From: Candidatus Elulimicrobiales bacterium
Lineage (GTDB): Bacteria > Patescibacteriota > Minisyncoccia > Phycocordibacterales > UBA5272
Reading direction: 5' to 3'
Assembly: GCA_034927475.1 (NCBI GenBank)
Contig: JAYFPW010000006.1
Coordinates: 9,197-73,196, forward strand
DNA: 64,000 bases
Each line of letters begins with the position of its first letter. Within the stretch, counting starts at the first letter, position 1. A program made the position numbers and the translations under genes. This document shows, one piece after another, positions 18,732 to 28,899 of this stretch. The notes below the pieces were generated by a model. It saw only the letters and a program-made list of their open reading frames with translations, did not search any database and had not been told where the DNA came from.

Positions 18732-21143
18732 TTATTCAGCTGCACACTCTTTAATTGCTGAGGTTATTGCGGCTTGAATAGAAGTTTCGTCTTTACAGTG
18801 ATTTCTAAGTTCAAGGTCGTCAGTATTAGCTGACTGGGCACAAATATTTCTGATTGAAATTTCCGGAGATATACAAGGGTCTGGCTGGCCTTCTAGTGGA
18901 TCTGGAATTGGTTCATTATAATCTTTCAAGGAATCAGTAAGTATTTGTAGTTCTGCATTATTACAAATACCAATCTTTAGTTGGTTACAATAAGACAGTT
19001 CAGAAAAAGTTTTTGAGCTGCTAGAGTCTATCACAGCAGTATTTTTTGCGGAAGGTCTTGGTAAATTTGGATCCAAATACTCTAGATTTTTAATACCATA
19101 AGCTGAAAACATTCCTGTATCTTTTGCTGGAATTGTTGAAGGAGATCCCGCCTTTAAAGAATCTCTTAACATTAAGTATGCCCTAACTCTTAAGTACCCT
19201 AAAACGTGTTTTGTATAAGGTCCTTCCACTTCTCTTCTTGATGGAACATAATAGGAAGCGTCTTCTTCTATTGCTGCAACAGGGTCAGAAGTTAGTTCGG
19301 AGTATTCTGGAATATATTGCCAATCGGAGATAAGATATTCATAATCTTTTTCTGTATAAGCCCCATCCAAAGCTTGCGCTAAAGCTTCTTGATTATTTTG
19401 CGTATCAACATCTTTTGTGTCTCTTAAATCCATTAAAAGTTTTCTCATTTGTTGTTCGCGATAATTATTTTTTGCCATTTCTTTGATGAGATCTCTTGTT
19501 TCCATTGTTTGATTTACCAAAGCTACAGTTAATTTTTTTGCAGCGTCCGTCTTATTTGTAGCAGATTTTCGAATATTTTTACTTTTTCTAGGATAGAAAA
19601 TACTTTTCCAAAAACCTACATTCATAGCATCCTGTTGAGCATTTACGACGGCTGTTTTAGCTCTTTCTACAGAAGTTTTTAATACTAAGTAAGTATATGA
19701 ATTAGTGTTTAACCTTTCAGTATTTACTATTCTTATATTTTCATAAATATCTAAAGCTCTTTGCAAGTCATCTGAAGAATATTTTTCTGAACCAAAAGCA
19801 TACTCTCTTGAAGCTTCTTCTGTGCTAACCCAAAGAAGATTTTGAGTGTCTTGGGTTTTTTGTAAAGCACCTAGAGATGTTGCTAGTCCACTATAAGGGT
19901 TGTCATAAGGATTATTTGTCACGGCATAAATATCTTTTCTACCAACATTTATTATTGAGGAGATTAAGTTCATTGTATCAGCAGCGCCAGTAAGATCTCC
20001 ATTTTTTAATTTATTATGAATAGAGTCTAGTCTGGCTTTTATACTATCGTAAGGTGCGTTTGCAGCAGCGGAAACTTTTTCTTGCAAAACAGCACCACTT
20101 CCTTGAGCTGTAGAGGTTTGTTGAGAGCAGAATTGTGTAGCGTCTTCAGGGTTAAATTTTACCTCTTTACCATCTTTATCTACACATTTTTGGTCCCCTA
20201 AAAACATTCCTGTAGCTTCAGTTTGTTTTGATGTAGCGTCAACGACTTTATCTTTTTGGGCTAAAATATTAGAGATAGCTAAGTTAACAACCCCTGAAGG
20301 TGTGTTAGCTGGATTAGCAAGAGCTTCACTGGTTCTTGGTCCTCCATAGCCAGCGTTAGCTAAACCAATAAATACAGCTTGAGCTCTAGCGGCTTCTTTT
20401 TGTGGTTTTTGTAAACTAGTATTACATAATTTATCTATATCTACATCACCAACTGCTTTTTTTGGGCGAGCAAAAGTTTCTGGTTCTCCATTTTTTATTA
20501 TATTTTTTAATTCAGGACTATTACAAATTTCATCTTTTACTATATAAGGCAAACTAAAGTTTACGACTTTTCCTAAAGCTGTATCTGAAGTATTTTTTGT
20601 AAAATCAGCAATGTCTTTATAGATGTCTGCTGTGTATGGAGTCGTGTTTACCGTAAGTTGTATATTAGATAGACCCTTTTTAATTTCATTTACAGAAATC
20701 ATGTCTAAATAATTTCCAAAATTAGTTACAACTTGCTGACCTTGTGTATAAATGTTTGTAGCCTGATCTCTGGTTATTCCTAAATTAGTCATAACTGCAT
20801 CGCCGACACGATTAAGGACATCGCTAGAAGCATTTTTTGCAAAAGTCTCTGCGTCAAAATTTTTTATTCCTTGCACAAGTTGTTTTGCCGCTAAAGTGTT
20901 TTGGTAAATAACCATACTGTCATTTATAAGCTCTTTAGCTTGAACAGCTTTATCTGCTATCCATTTTGCTGTATCTTGACCAAAAATAGCCCCGAGTATT
21001 ACATCTCCAGTATCTCCTACACCTAAAAAAGCAGAAGCTTTTTTAGGTAATAAGCTAGGAGTCAAAAACGAAAAAATTAAAATCAGAGCCAATATTTTTT
21101 TAGAAATTTGTTTTATATTTATCATATTTTTATTTTTAGTCAT
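18732..21143 (-). CDS. Large secreted hypothetical protein (T4SS-adjacent)
   Basis: 803 aa; signal peptide ending KKASA; helical, with Cys pairs. Confidence 0.72.
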   Translation of the reverse strand: MTKNKNMINIKQISKKILALILIFSFLTPSLLPKKASAFLGVGDTGDVILGAIFGQDTAKWIADKAVQAKELINDSMVIYQNTLAAKQLVQGIKNFDAETFAKNASSDVLNRVGDAVMTNLGITRDQATNIYTQGQQVVTNFGNYLDMISVNEIKKGLSNIQLTVNTTPYTADIYKDIADFTKNTSDTALGKVVNFSLPYIVKDEICNSPELKNIIKNGEPETFARPKKAVGDVDIDKLCNTSLQKPQKEAARAQAVFIGLANAGYGGPRTSEALANPANTPSGVVNLAISNILAQKDKVVDATSKQTEATGMFLGDQKCVDKDGKEVKFNPEDATQFCSQQTSTAQGSGAVLQEKVSAAANAPYDSIKARLDSIHNKLKNGDLTGAADTMNLISSIINVGRKDIYAVTNNPYDNPYSGLATSLGALQKTQDTQNLLWVSTEEASREYAFGSEKYSSDDLQRALDIYENIRIVNTERLNTNSYTYLVLKTSVERAKTAVVNAQQDAMNVGFWKSIFYPRKSKNIRKSATNKTDAAKKLTVALVNQTMETRDLIKEMAKNNYREQQMRKLLMDLRDTKDVDTQNNQEALAQALDGAYTEKDYEYLISDWQYIPEYSELTSDPVAAIEEDASYYVPSRREVEGPYTKHVLGYLRVRAYLMLRDSLKAGSPSTIPAKDTGMFSAYGIKNLEYLDPNLPRPSAKNTAVIDSSSSKTFSELSYCNQLKIGICNNAELQILTDSLKDYNEPIPDPLEGQPDPCISPEISIRNICAQSANTDDLELRNHCKDETSIQAAITSAIKECAAE

Positions 21144-22022
21144 TTATCTCATTTTTACATTAAATTCATTAAAATAATTAAAGAATAAAAGAGCGGTATT
21201 GGAAAGTTCTTTTTGGAAATCTTCAGCAAAAAGATCCCCGTTAATTAGAATATATTTAGCTGGGTCAGCATCTATTTGCTGAATAGAGTTATAGTAAGCT
21301 ATATCTTTTGAAATTAAATTTATTAACTCGAGTTGATATGTTGCTCCTCTTTCTGTAGCTGGAATAGAAATTAAATTATTAATTAAAGTGTTGTTTATGT
21401 TTATATTCTTTTGCATCATATTTTTCATTTCTTCCCAAAGAGAAAGGAACGTATTTTCGTCTATAGAGGTTGCGTTAGAATATGAAGAGAAAGGGTTTTT
21501 GGGTAGCTTATTTAATTCTTGTCCATATATTTGAAAAGTATTATAAATATCGTCATAATACTCTTGTAAACTCTCTTTATTTTCTTCGCGGATAATATTT
21601 AAATTATCTAAAGTGTATTTTTTGCCTACAAGTTGTTCTTGATAATTAAAAATAATATCAGCCAAGATTTTTCCTCTAGCTGTAGGATCAGTCATTCCGT
21701 TTTGTTCTAAATAAAGATTAGTTAAATATAGAGATCTAGATAAATCTTCAGTTAAATTTGCATCAGTATTATTTGTATAATCTTTCCCCTCTTCTACAGT
21801 AGGGTTTAGGTTAATACCATAATCGGAAGCAATTTTTTGTATATCTAAATAGAATTTTCCATCTTTTTTCACATTCCCATACTTTGAATAGGAATTTGAA
21901 GTTAATATAATCATAACTATTGCCGCAATAACCCCTAAAGCATATAAATATATTTTTATATCTACTTTAGAAAGCTTGTCTCGCAAGTTATTCCAAAAAA
22001 CAGCAAGATTTTCATTTTTCAT
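21144..22022 (-). CDS. Hypothetical single-TM protein
   Basis: 292 aa with an N-terminal TM helix; abuts the downstream gene. Confidence 0.7.
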   Translation of the reverse strand: MKNENLAVFWNNLRDKLSKVDIKIYLYALGVIAAIVMIILTSNSYSKYGNVKKDGKFYLDIQKIASDYGINLNPTVEEGKDYTNNTDANLTEDLSRSLYLTNLYLEQNGMTDPTARGKILADIIFNYQEQLVGKKYTLDNLNIIREENKESLQEYYDDIYNTFQIYGQELNKLPKNPFSSYSNATSIDENTFLSLWEEMKNMMQKNININNTLINNLISIPATERGATYQLELINLISKDIAYYNSIQQIDADPAKYILINGDLFAEDFQKELSNTALLFFNYFNEFNVKMR

Positions 22023-22090
22023 ATTAATTAATAATTTTTAATAAGCTTAATTTACTAATTAATTTTAACATGAAAAACTAGAGAAATTAT

Positions 22091-22876
22091 TTAGATTAGT
22101 TCTTTTGTAATATTTAAAAATGACTCTATTTCTAAATCTTCCGCTCTCACTTTTTTATCTAAACCTAGTTTTTCAAAAATTTTATCCCAATCCTGCTCAG
22201 AATATTCTTTTTTTAAGTTATTCAACATAACTTTTCTTTTATGAGAGAATGATTTTTTGATTAATTTAAAATATCTTTCTTCAAACTCTTTTTTAAAAAC
22301 AACATTATTATCAGTTTCAATTTTTAAAACAGCGCTATCAACTTTTGGTTTTGGAAAAAAACTTCCAGCAGATACTTTATAAATAATTTTTGGATTTCCG
22401 TAAAATTTAACAGCCAAAGAAAGTATGGATTCTTTTTTGTCACGTGCGACTATCCTTTCAGCCACTTCTTTTTGTACTAAAAGCACAAGTTTTTCTGGTT
22501 TTTTAGTTGCAGATAAAAATTTTTCTATAATCATTCCGGTAATATAGTAAGGAATATTGGCTATAAGTTTATAAGAGTCTTTTTTAAACAGCTTTTCTAT
22601 TTCAAAATCCAAAATATCCCCTTCTATTAAAATTAGGCGACTAGTTTTTATTTCTTCTATAAATTTTTCAGTAAGAAAAGGTATTAATTTCTTATCTTTT
22701 TCTATAGCAATAATTTTCTTTGCTGAACTTTTTAAAAGCTCTTCAGTTAAAGCCCCTTTTCCTGGTCCGATTTCAAGAATAGTATCTCTCTCTTCAATAT
22801 CTCCAGCTTTTACAATTTCAAAAATCGCCTTTTTATTAGTTAGAAAATTTTGACCAAGAGATTTTTTAGGTTTCAT
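22091..22876 (-). CDS. rsmA: 16S rRNA m6,2A dimethyltransferase RsmA/KsgA
   Basis: KKSLGQNFL, LEIGPGKGALT, ANIPYYIT, QKEVAER and PKVDSAV. Confidence 0.97.
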   Translation of the reverse strand: MKPKKSLGQNFLTNKKAIFEIVKAGDIEERDTILEIGPGKGALTEELLKSSAKKIIAIEKDKKLIPFLTEKFIEEIKTSRLILIEGDILDFEIEKLFKKDSYKLIANIPYYITGMIIEKFLSATKKPEKLVLLVQKEVAERIVARDKKESILSLAVKFYGNPKIIYKVSAGSFFPKPKVDSAVLKIETDNNVVFKKEFEERYFKLIKKSFSHKRKVMLNNLKKEYSEQDWDKIFEKLGLDKKVRAEDLEIESFLNITKELI

Positions 22877-22892
22877 TTTTATGATTTTAGCA

Positions 22893-24929
22893 CTAAATTT
22901 CTAAAAAGTCTTCTTCCCATTCGTCATCGGCAAATTCCCAATTTTTCTTTTTTGGTTTAAAAAAATTAGTTTCTGGATCACTTTGATAATAAATATCGTG
23001 GTAAATAACCTGTTCTTCTTTAAGCTCATTCACATCTTCTAAAAATTCACTAGGAATATTAATTCTCTTTTCGCCATAAATTGTTCTCATTTCTGCAAAA
23101 CAAAGATATAGTTTTTTCTTGGCTCTAGTGATGGCAACATAAAAAAGTCTTCTTTCCTCTTCTGTTTCCTCTAAACTTTTTTTACTATTACCGATATCTA
23201 TATGAGGAAATAGATCTTGCTCAAGTCCAGCGACAAAAACATAATCAAACTCCAAACCTTTCGCTGCGTGTATAGTCATAAGCCTTACACCATCTTTAGC
23301 CCCCTCCTCATCCTGATCACTTTTTAAAGAAGTTTCATCAATAAATATTTCAAAAGCTTCGAATGATGGTAAATCGTCAAACTTTTTTGTAATAGTCACA
23401 AGTTCTCTTACATTTTCCAATCTTTCTTTATCCTCACTAGATCCATTTAAAAGCTCCTCTTCAATACCGGAGTCTTTAATTATGCTCATGATTATTTCTG
23501 AAAGATTTTTTCTATTATTCTCTATGTCGTCTTTTATTTTATCTAAAAATTCATAAAGAGAGTGAATTTTTTGTAGAGTAGAAGCGGAGATCGAGCTCAT
23601 ATCTCCGGCAAAAACTTTAGCGATACTAGCTTTACCAATTCCCCTTTTCGGAGTTTCAAAAACTCTTTTTAAATCTGCTAAATTATTTCTATTTAAGCTA
23701 ACCCTTAAATAGCTCATCACATCTTTTATTTCTTTTCTTTCAAAGAATTTTGTACCAAGCAAGTTGTAAGCTATATTATTTTTAATAAAATATTCTTCTA
23801 AAATTCTAGATTGAAAATTTGTTCTAAAAAGTACAGCTATATCTTTTAAATCTACACCTTTTTCTCTCACAAGTTCTTTAATTTTTTGTACTATAAAATC
23901 AGCTTCAGCTTTTTCATCAAAAGTTGGACAAATTTCTATTTCGTCCCCAGTACTTTTATTTGTAAAAAGATTTTTTGGAAATCTAGCTTTATTTTTTTGA
24001 ATAGAAACATTGGCTAAATCTAAAATATTTTTAGTCGATCGATAGTTTTCTTCTAAAAGTACAACTTTTCCATCTGGAAAATCTTTTTCAAAATTTAAAA
24101 TATTTCTTAAATTGGCACCACGCCAAGAATAAATATTTTGATCAATATCTCCTACGACGCAGATATTTTTTTCCTCAGTATTTAGTAGTTCTTTTATAAG
24201 CTCGTATTGAGAATTGTTTGTATCCTGATATTCGTCTATATGAATGTATCTAAATTTATCTTGATAGTATTTTTTTGCTTCAGAATTTGTCTTAAAAAGT
24301 TCAATAGTTTTTATGATTAAATCATCAAAATCAACAGAACCTTGCTTAATAAGTTCTTTTTCATAAAGCCTCCAGACTTTTTCAATAATCTCCATATTGT
24401 AACTAGAAACTTTTTTGGCATAGTCATCGACCGTTTGCCAAGAAGTTTTTTCTCTACTGATTGCATTTCTAATTTTTGTAGCATCATGAAGTTTTGGATC
24501 TAAGCCAAGCTCATTTAAAAGACTTTTGATAACTTGATTCGTATCGGAAGTGTCTAAAACTGTAAGATTTTTTGTAAAGCCAAACTCTTTTCCAAATTGT
24601 CGTAGAATAGAAAGCCCTAAAGAGTGAAAAGTTTTTATAGTTGGTAAATTCTGATTTAGCCAAATATTTTTTTCGTATTTTTCTATAAGATTTTCTTCGT
24701 TTAAGCGAGACAAAACTCTTTCCAACATTTCTTTCGCGGCTTTATTGGTAAAAGTGACACAGAGTATATTTTTTGGTTCTACTCCGTCTTTAATTATTTT
24801 AACTACTCTTTCAGTAATGGTTTTTGTTTTTCCAGCTCCAGCTCCAGCCAAAATTAAAAGCGGACCTTTTGTAGTTTGTACCGCTTCTAACTGTTTTTCG
24901 TTTAGTAAGATTTTCTCCATAAAAGACAT
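22893..24929 (-). CDS. pcrA: ATP-dependent DNA helicase PcrA/UvrD
   Basis: LAGAGAGKT, TFTNKAA, DEYQD, VGDIDQNIY, ENYRS, TIHAAKGLEF and EERRLFYVAITRA. Confidence 0.96.
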   Translation of the reverse strand: MSFMEKILLNEKQLEAVQTTKGPLLILAGAGAGKTKTITERVVKIIKDGVEPKNILCVTFTNKAAKEMLERVLSRLNEENLIEKYEKNIWLNQNLPTIKTFHSLGLSILRQFGKEFGFTKNLTVLDTSDTNQVIKSLLNELGLDPKLHDATKIRNAISREKTSWQTVDDYAKKVSSYNMEIIEKVWRLYEKELIKQGSVDFDDLIIKTIELFKTNSEAKKYYQDKFRYIHIDEYQDTNNSQYELIKELLNTEEKNICVVGDIDQNIYSWRGANLRNILNFEKDFPDGKVVLLEENYRSTKNILDLANVSIQKNKARFPKNLFTNKSTGDEIEICPTFDEKAEADFIVQKIKELVREKGVDLKDIAVLFRTNFQSRILEEYFIKNNIAYNLLGTKFFERKEIKDVMSYLRVSLNRNNLADLKRVFETPKRGIGKASIAKVFAGDMSSISASTLQKIHSLYEFLDKIKDDIENNRKNLSEIIMSIIKDSGIEEELLNGSSEDKERLENVRELVTITKKFDDLPSFEAFEIFIDETSLKSDQDEEGAKDGVRLMTIHAAKGLEFDYVFVAGLEQDLFPHIDIGNSKKSLEETEEERRLFYVAITRAKKKLYLCFAEMRTIYGEKRINIPSEFLEDVNELKEEQVIYHDIYYQSDPETNFFKPKKKNWEFADDEWEEDFLEI

Positions 24930-24957
24930 TCTAACATGAAGAGAATTCTTTCAAAAA

Positions 24958-26004
24958 TTAATTCTTTTTTTCGTATTCTTTTCTATAAATTCTTTTTAGA
25001 AAATGTTTTATGGTCTCATCTTTTTTAGGCTCAGTGTCAAAATCATCAACTAAATCTTTTAAAATATCAAGCATTTTTTCTCTATCTTTTTCATCTACAC
25101 CTTCAAGCTCTTTCTTATCTTTCAAAAAATCTTTAGCATTTAAATTCTCTAAAGAGCTTAGGAAAATATTTTTCTTAAAAAGAAAACCGTTTCTTTCAAA
25201 TTTATCTACAATCTTTTTAATTTTTTCTTTTACGTATTTTTCTTTTTTATCGTATTCTGGCTCTTCTTTTTCACACTTATCACTATATTTTTCCTTGTTT
25301 TCCTCTAGTTTTGCTTTTTCTTTATCTTCATCATACTCCTCATTTTCATCTTCATTCTCTTCTTTTAATTCTCTTTCTCTTTCATTTTTTTTCTCTTCTT
25401 TTTCTTCCGCTTCTTCCTCCTCTATCTCCACTTCTTCTTTTTCTTCTTTAATATTTTTAGATAAATTTAAAGTATAGTCTTTCTCAGTAATTTCTGAATG
25501 TATTTCTCTTTTTTCACTCTCTTCTTTTTCTATTTTATTTTCTGAAATAGAATAAACCTCCAAATCTTTTATTCGACTCTCCATTTGTTCAAGAACAGAA
25601 TTTAACTCCGAGAGTTTTAAATTTATTTTCTCTTGTATATTTTCTTCAGAAACGGATAAATTTTCATTTTGTAGTAAAAGATTATTATTTAAATTTTCTT
25701 CTAAGTCTTCAATTTTTTTGTCTAGAGACTTTTGGAGTTTTTCAAATTCTCCAGAAATTTCTGTGCTAGCAATTTCGGCGAATTTTCGAATTTCTTCCCC
25801 CACAATTCTTTTGCTGACTTTTTGTATTTTGGAATCTAAAAGATTATCACTTTCTTCTCGACTTTTATTAGACAAAGAGAGTGTATTTCTAGTTTCTTCA
25901 GAATCGCTCGACGCTCTTTTTGCAATACGTCTCCTTACATCTTCAAGATTTTCAACATCTTTTTTTATGTAAGGGCTTTTTATATCCAATTTGTCGTTAT
26001 ACAT
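24958..26004 (-). CDS. Hypothetical acidic coiled-coil protein
   Basis: 348-aa E/K-rich ORF with no recognisable domain. Confidence 0.65.
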   Translation of the reverse strand: MYNDKLDIKSPYIKKDVENLEDVRRRIAKRASSDSEETRNTLSLSNKSREESDNLLDSKIQKVSKRIVGEEIRKFAEIASTEISGEFEKLQKSLDKKIEDLEENLNNNLLLQNENLSVSEENIQEKINLKLSELNSVLEQMESRIKDLEVYSISENKIEKEESEKREIHSEITEKDYTLNLSKNIKEEKEEVEIEEEEAEEKEEKKNERERELKEENEDENEEYDEDKEKAKLEENKEKYSDKCEKEEPEYDKKEKYVKEKIKKIVDKFERNGFLFKKNIFLSSLENLNAKDFLKDKKELEGVDEKDREKMLDILKDLVDDFDTEPKKDETIKHFLKRIYRKEYEKKN

Positions 26005-26212
26005 ATTTTTAAGAAATAATAATCAATAAATAAACTAATAAAAAGTTTTTTCTTATAGAAATTATAACATAATAGCTTTGTTTATTTATGGTTCACCTTT
26101 TGCTTGCGTTATGTTATAATTGTTATTACCAAAAAGACGGACTATTTCCCTTCGGGGATCAGTCAACAGAACAAGTCAAAGACGACAAAAAAGACTGAAA
26201 TTGCTTGTTCAA

Positions 26213-27268
26213 ATGTTTATGAAAAAAAATAAAACGATAAAGAAAACTTTTTATCCCCCATTCTTACTTTTGGCGGTTTTTATTTTGGTCTTTGGTTTTA
26301 TCCACAAGGCTGACGCGTCTATTTTTAGCGGAATGCTAAGTCTTTTTACTAAAGAAAAAAATATCAATAATATTGAATCTGTTGATGTGACCCCTTTTCT
26401 CCTTCGTCCTAGTTTAGCTAAAGCTTCTTCTTCGCTAAATGAAGTTCCAGACACTTTGGATATAGAAAAAGATGGAGCGCTTAGAGTTCAATCTGGATCG
26501 ATGCGTGTTTCTACAGAAAAAGAAAAAGTCGTCGACGGAACCATTAGCGTCTATGAAGTAAAATCTGGGGACACTTTAGATACTATAGCTAAACTTTTTA
26601 ATGTTAATAAGAATACTATTATCTGGGCAAATGATTTGTCTGGTAAAACTATAAAATCTGGCGACACGCTTCTTATTTTCCCTATGGACGGAATTCAATA
26701 CACAGTTAAAAATTCTGGAACAATAGAAGATATTGCTAAAAAATATAAAGTAGATGCAGTCGAAGTCGCTGCTTACAACGGTATGACTATAGATACTAAA
26801 CTTGGCAAAGGAGATACTTTGTTTATTCCAGATGCCGAAGCTGAGATTAAAGTTGCTGCAAAACCTGCAAATAAAAAGAATAATACAAGTAAGCCAGTTT
26901 ATAAAACTAATGCTACAAATGGTTACTTTATGATGCCGGTAGTTGGTTGTGTTCGAACACAAGGTCTTCATGGTCCATATAGTACTGCTGTAGACTATGG
27001 ATGTAGGATAGGGACTCAAACTGTTGCAGCTGCAGCTGGTACAGTCTTGAGGGCTACCGCTGAAGGATATAATGGTGGATATGGAGGAGTCATTATTATT
27101 TCACATCCAAATAAAACCCAAACAATTTATTCTCATATGGATACCGTTAGTGTTTCAGTAGGACAAAGTGTAGAACAAGGACAAGTAATCGGAACAACTG
27201 GGAACACTGGACGTTCTACTGGCCCACATCTTCACTTTGAAACTCGTGGTACCGGAAATCCATTCTAG
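26213..27268 (+). CDS. LysM-domain M23 family peptidoglycan endopeptidase
   Basis: Signal peptide; two LysM repeats (YEVKSGDTLDTIAK); M23 motifs H..TAVDYG, YSHM and STGPHLHFE. ATG at 26213/26219 preferred over TTG at 26120. Confidence 0.9.
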   Translation: MFMKKNKTIKKTFYPPFLLLAVFILVFGFIHKADASIFSGMLSLFTKEKNINNIESVDVTPFLLRPSLAKASSSLNEVPDTLDIEKDGALRVQSGSMRVSTEKEKVVDGTISVYEVKSGDTLDTIAKLFNVNKNTIIWANDLSGKTIKSGDTLLIFPMDGIQYTVKNSGTIEDIAKKYKVDAVEVAAYNGMTIDTKLGKGDTLFIPDAEAEIKVAAKPANKKNNTSKPVYKTNATNGYFMMPVVGCVRTQGLHGPYSTAVDYGCRIGTQTVAAAAGTVLRATAEGYNGGYGGVIIISHPNKTQTIYSHMDTVSVSVGQSVEQGQVIGTTGNTGRSTGPHLHFETRGTGNPF

Positions 27269-27287
27269 ATTAAAGCTAAAGAAGCTA

Positions 27288-27320
27288 TAAAATCACCCTT
27301 AAGAAATAAGGGTGATTTTA
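27288..27320. terminator. Bidirectional terminator between the convergent M23 and comM genes
   Basis: taaaatcaccctta-agaaa-taagggtgatttta. Confidence 0.75.
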
Positions 27321-27333
27321 TTTTAGAGGGCAA

Positions 27334-28893
27334 TTAATTTACTTTTGGTCTATATTGAAGAGCCTCTAAAATATGCCCCAACTCTATAGTGTCTTTTTCT
27401 TCCAAATCAGCAATAGTTCTAGCTACACGAAGAATACGATGATAAGCTCTTGGAGATAAGTGAAGTTTGGTAGCATAGATATCAAGCTCCTTTTTAATTT
27501 TTGGATCGAGTTCTGCAAAGATACTTATATCTTTAGAGCTCATGTCTCTATTTATTTCTATTCTTTCATTACAGTTTTCAAAACGGCATTTCATTTTTTC
27601 TCTAGCTTTTAAAATTCTTTCTTTAAAGATTAAACTACTTTCACCGTCTTTTTCTTTAGAACCAAGTTGTTCATAAGAGATATTTGAAACATTAACCCAC
27701 ATATCTATTCTATCCATAATTGGTCCAGAAAGTCTTCTTTCGTATCTTGCTATATCGTTTGGTGTACAAATACATTTTTTATCTTTATTTCCCCTATTAC
27801 CACAAGGGCATGGATTCATAGCAGCAATTAAAATAAATTTTGCTGGAAATTTTTCTGTACCTTTGGCTCTGGAAATAGAAACGTGCCCTTCTTCGAGTGG
27901 CTCACGAAGAGCTTCTATACTTTTTCTTTCAAACTCTGGAAATTCATCTAAAAATAAAACTCCTCCATGGGCTAATGTTACTTCTCCAGGTTTAGGAATA
28001 GATCCTCCACCAACCAGAGACACATAGCTGGAAGTGTGATGTGGAGAGCGAAAAGGGGCTTCTAATATTAAATTTGTATTTACTAAATCTCCAGAACCAG
28101 CTATAGAGTGAATCTTTGTAACCTCTAAAATATTTTTATAATTTAAATGTGGAAGTAAAGATCTAGTTGCTCTAGCTAACATAGTTTTTCCAGTCCCCGG
28201 TGGTCCATAGAGAGCGATATTGTGTCCACCTGCAGCAGCAATTAAAAGCGCTCTTTTAGCTACAGCTTGCCCCTTAATATCTTGCATATCAATATCAATT
28301 TTAAGTTCAGAAGATTTTTCTATAAATAAACTTATATCAGTTGGCTTTTGTTTCTCTAATCTCTTTTTCCCAGATAAATGATTAATAACTTCTTCTAAAG
28401 TTTCTACGCCATAAACATTTAAGTTTTGAATTAAAGCAGCTTCTTCCGCGTTTTCTTTTGGTAAAAATATATTTTTTAAATTATTATTTTCTGCTAATTC
28501 TGCAATAGCTAAAGCCCCTTTTAATTTTGCTAAATGTCCTTTTAGAGATAATTCGCCAACAAATAAAGATTCATTTAATTCTTTTTCTGCCACTAGAATT
28601 TCTTTGTTGGCTATTAAGTAAGATAGGGCTATCGGTAAATCAAAACCTGAACCTTCTTTCTTTAAATCTCCCGGCGCTAAAGAAACAGTGGTTCTTTGAT
28701 TAACTTGTTTTGGATTAGTAAAACCAGCATTTCTCAAAGCTGAACATACTCTATCTTTACTTTCATCGATCGCTTTATCCCCAAGACCAATTAAAGAAAA
28801 AGCGTTTATGCCTCTCCCGATATCACATTCCACTTTTATTAAGTAAGCTTTTAATCCTATAACCAAACTTGATTTAATAGAAGCAAAAGACAT
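27334..28893 (-). CDS. comM: YifB/ComM family Mg-chelatase-like AAA+ ATPase
   Basis: KKEGSGFDLPIA, GPPGTGKTMLA, PFRSPHH, LFLDEFPEF, AMNPCPCG and RVARTIADL. Confidence 0.95.
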   Translation of the reverse strand: MSFASIKSSLVIGLKAYLIKVECDIGRGINAFSLIGLGDKAIDESKDRVCSALRNAGFTNPKQVNQRTTVSLAPGDLKKEGSGFDLPIALSYLIANKEILVAEKELNESLFVGELSLKGHLAKLKGALAIAELAENNNLKNIFLPKENAEEAALIQNLNVYGVETLEEVINHLSGKKRLEKQKPTDISLFIEKSSELKIDIDMQDIKGQAVAKRALLIAAAGGHNIALYGPPGTGKTMLARATRSLLPHLNYKNILEVTKIHSIAGSGDLVNTNLILEAPFRSPHHTSSYVSLVGGGSIPKPGEVTLAHGGVLFLDEFPEFERKSIEALREPLEEGHVSISRAKGTEKFPAKFILIAAMNPCPCGNRGNKDKKCICTPNDIARYERRLSGPIMDRIDMWVNVSNISYEQLGSKEKDGESSLIFKERILKAREKMKCRFENCNERIEINRDMSSKDISIFAELDPKIKKELDIYATKLHLSPRAYHRILRVARTIADLEEKDTIELGHILEALQYRPKVN

Positions 28894-28899
28894 AGAAAG

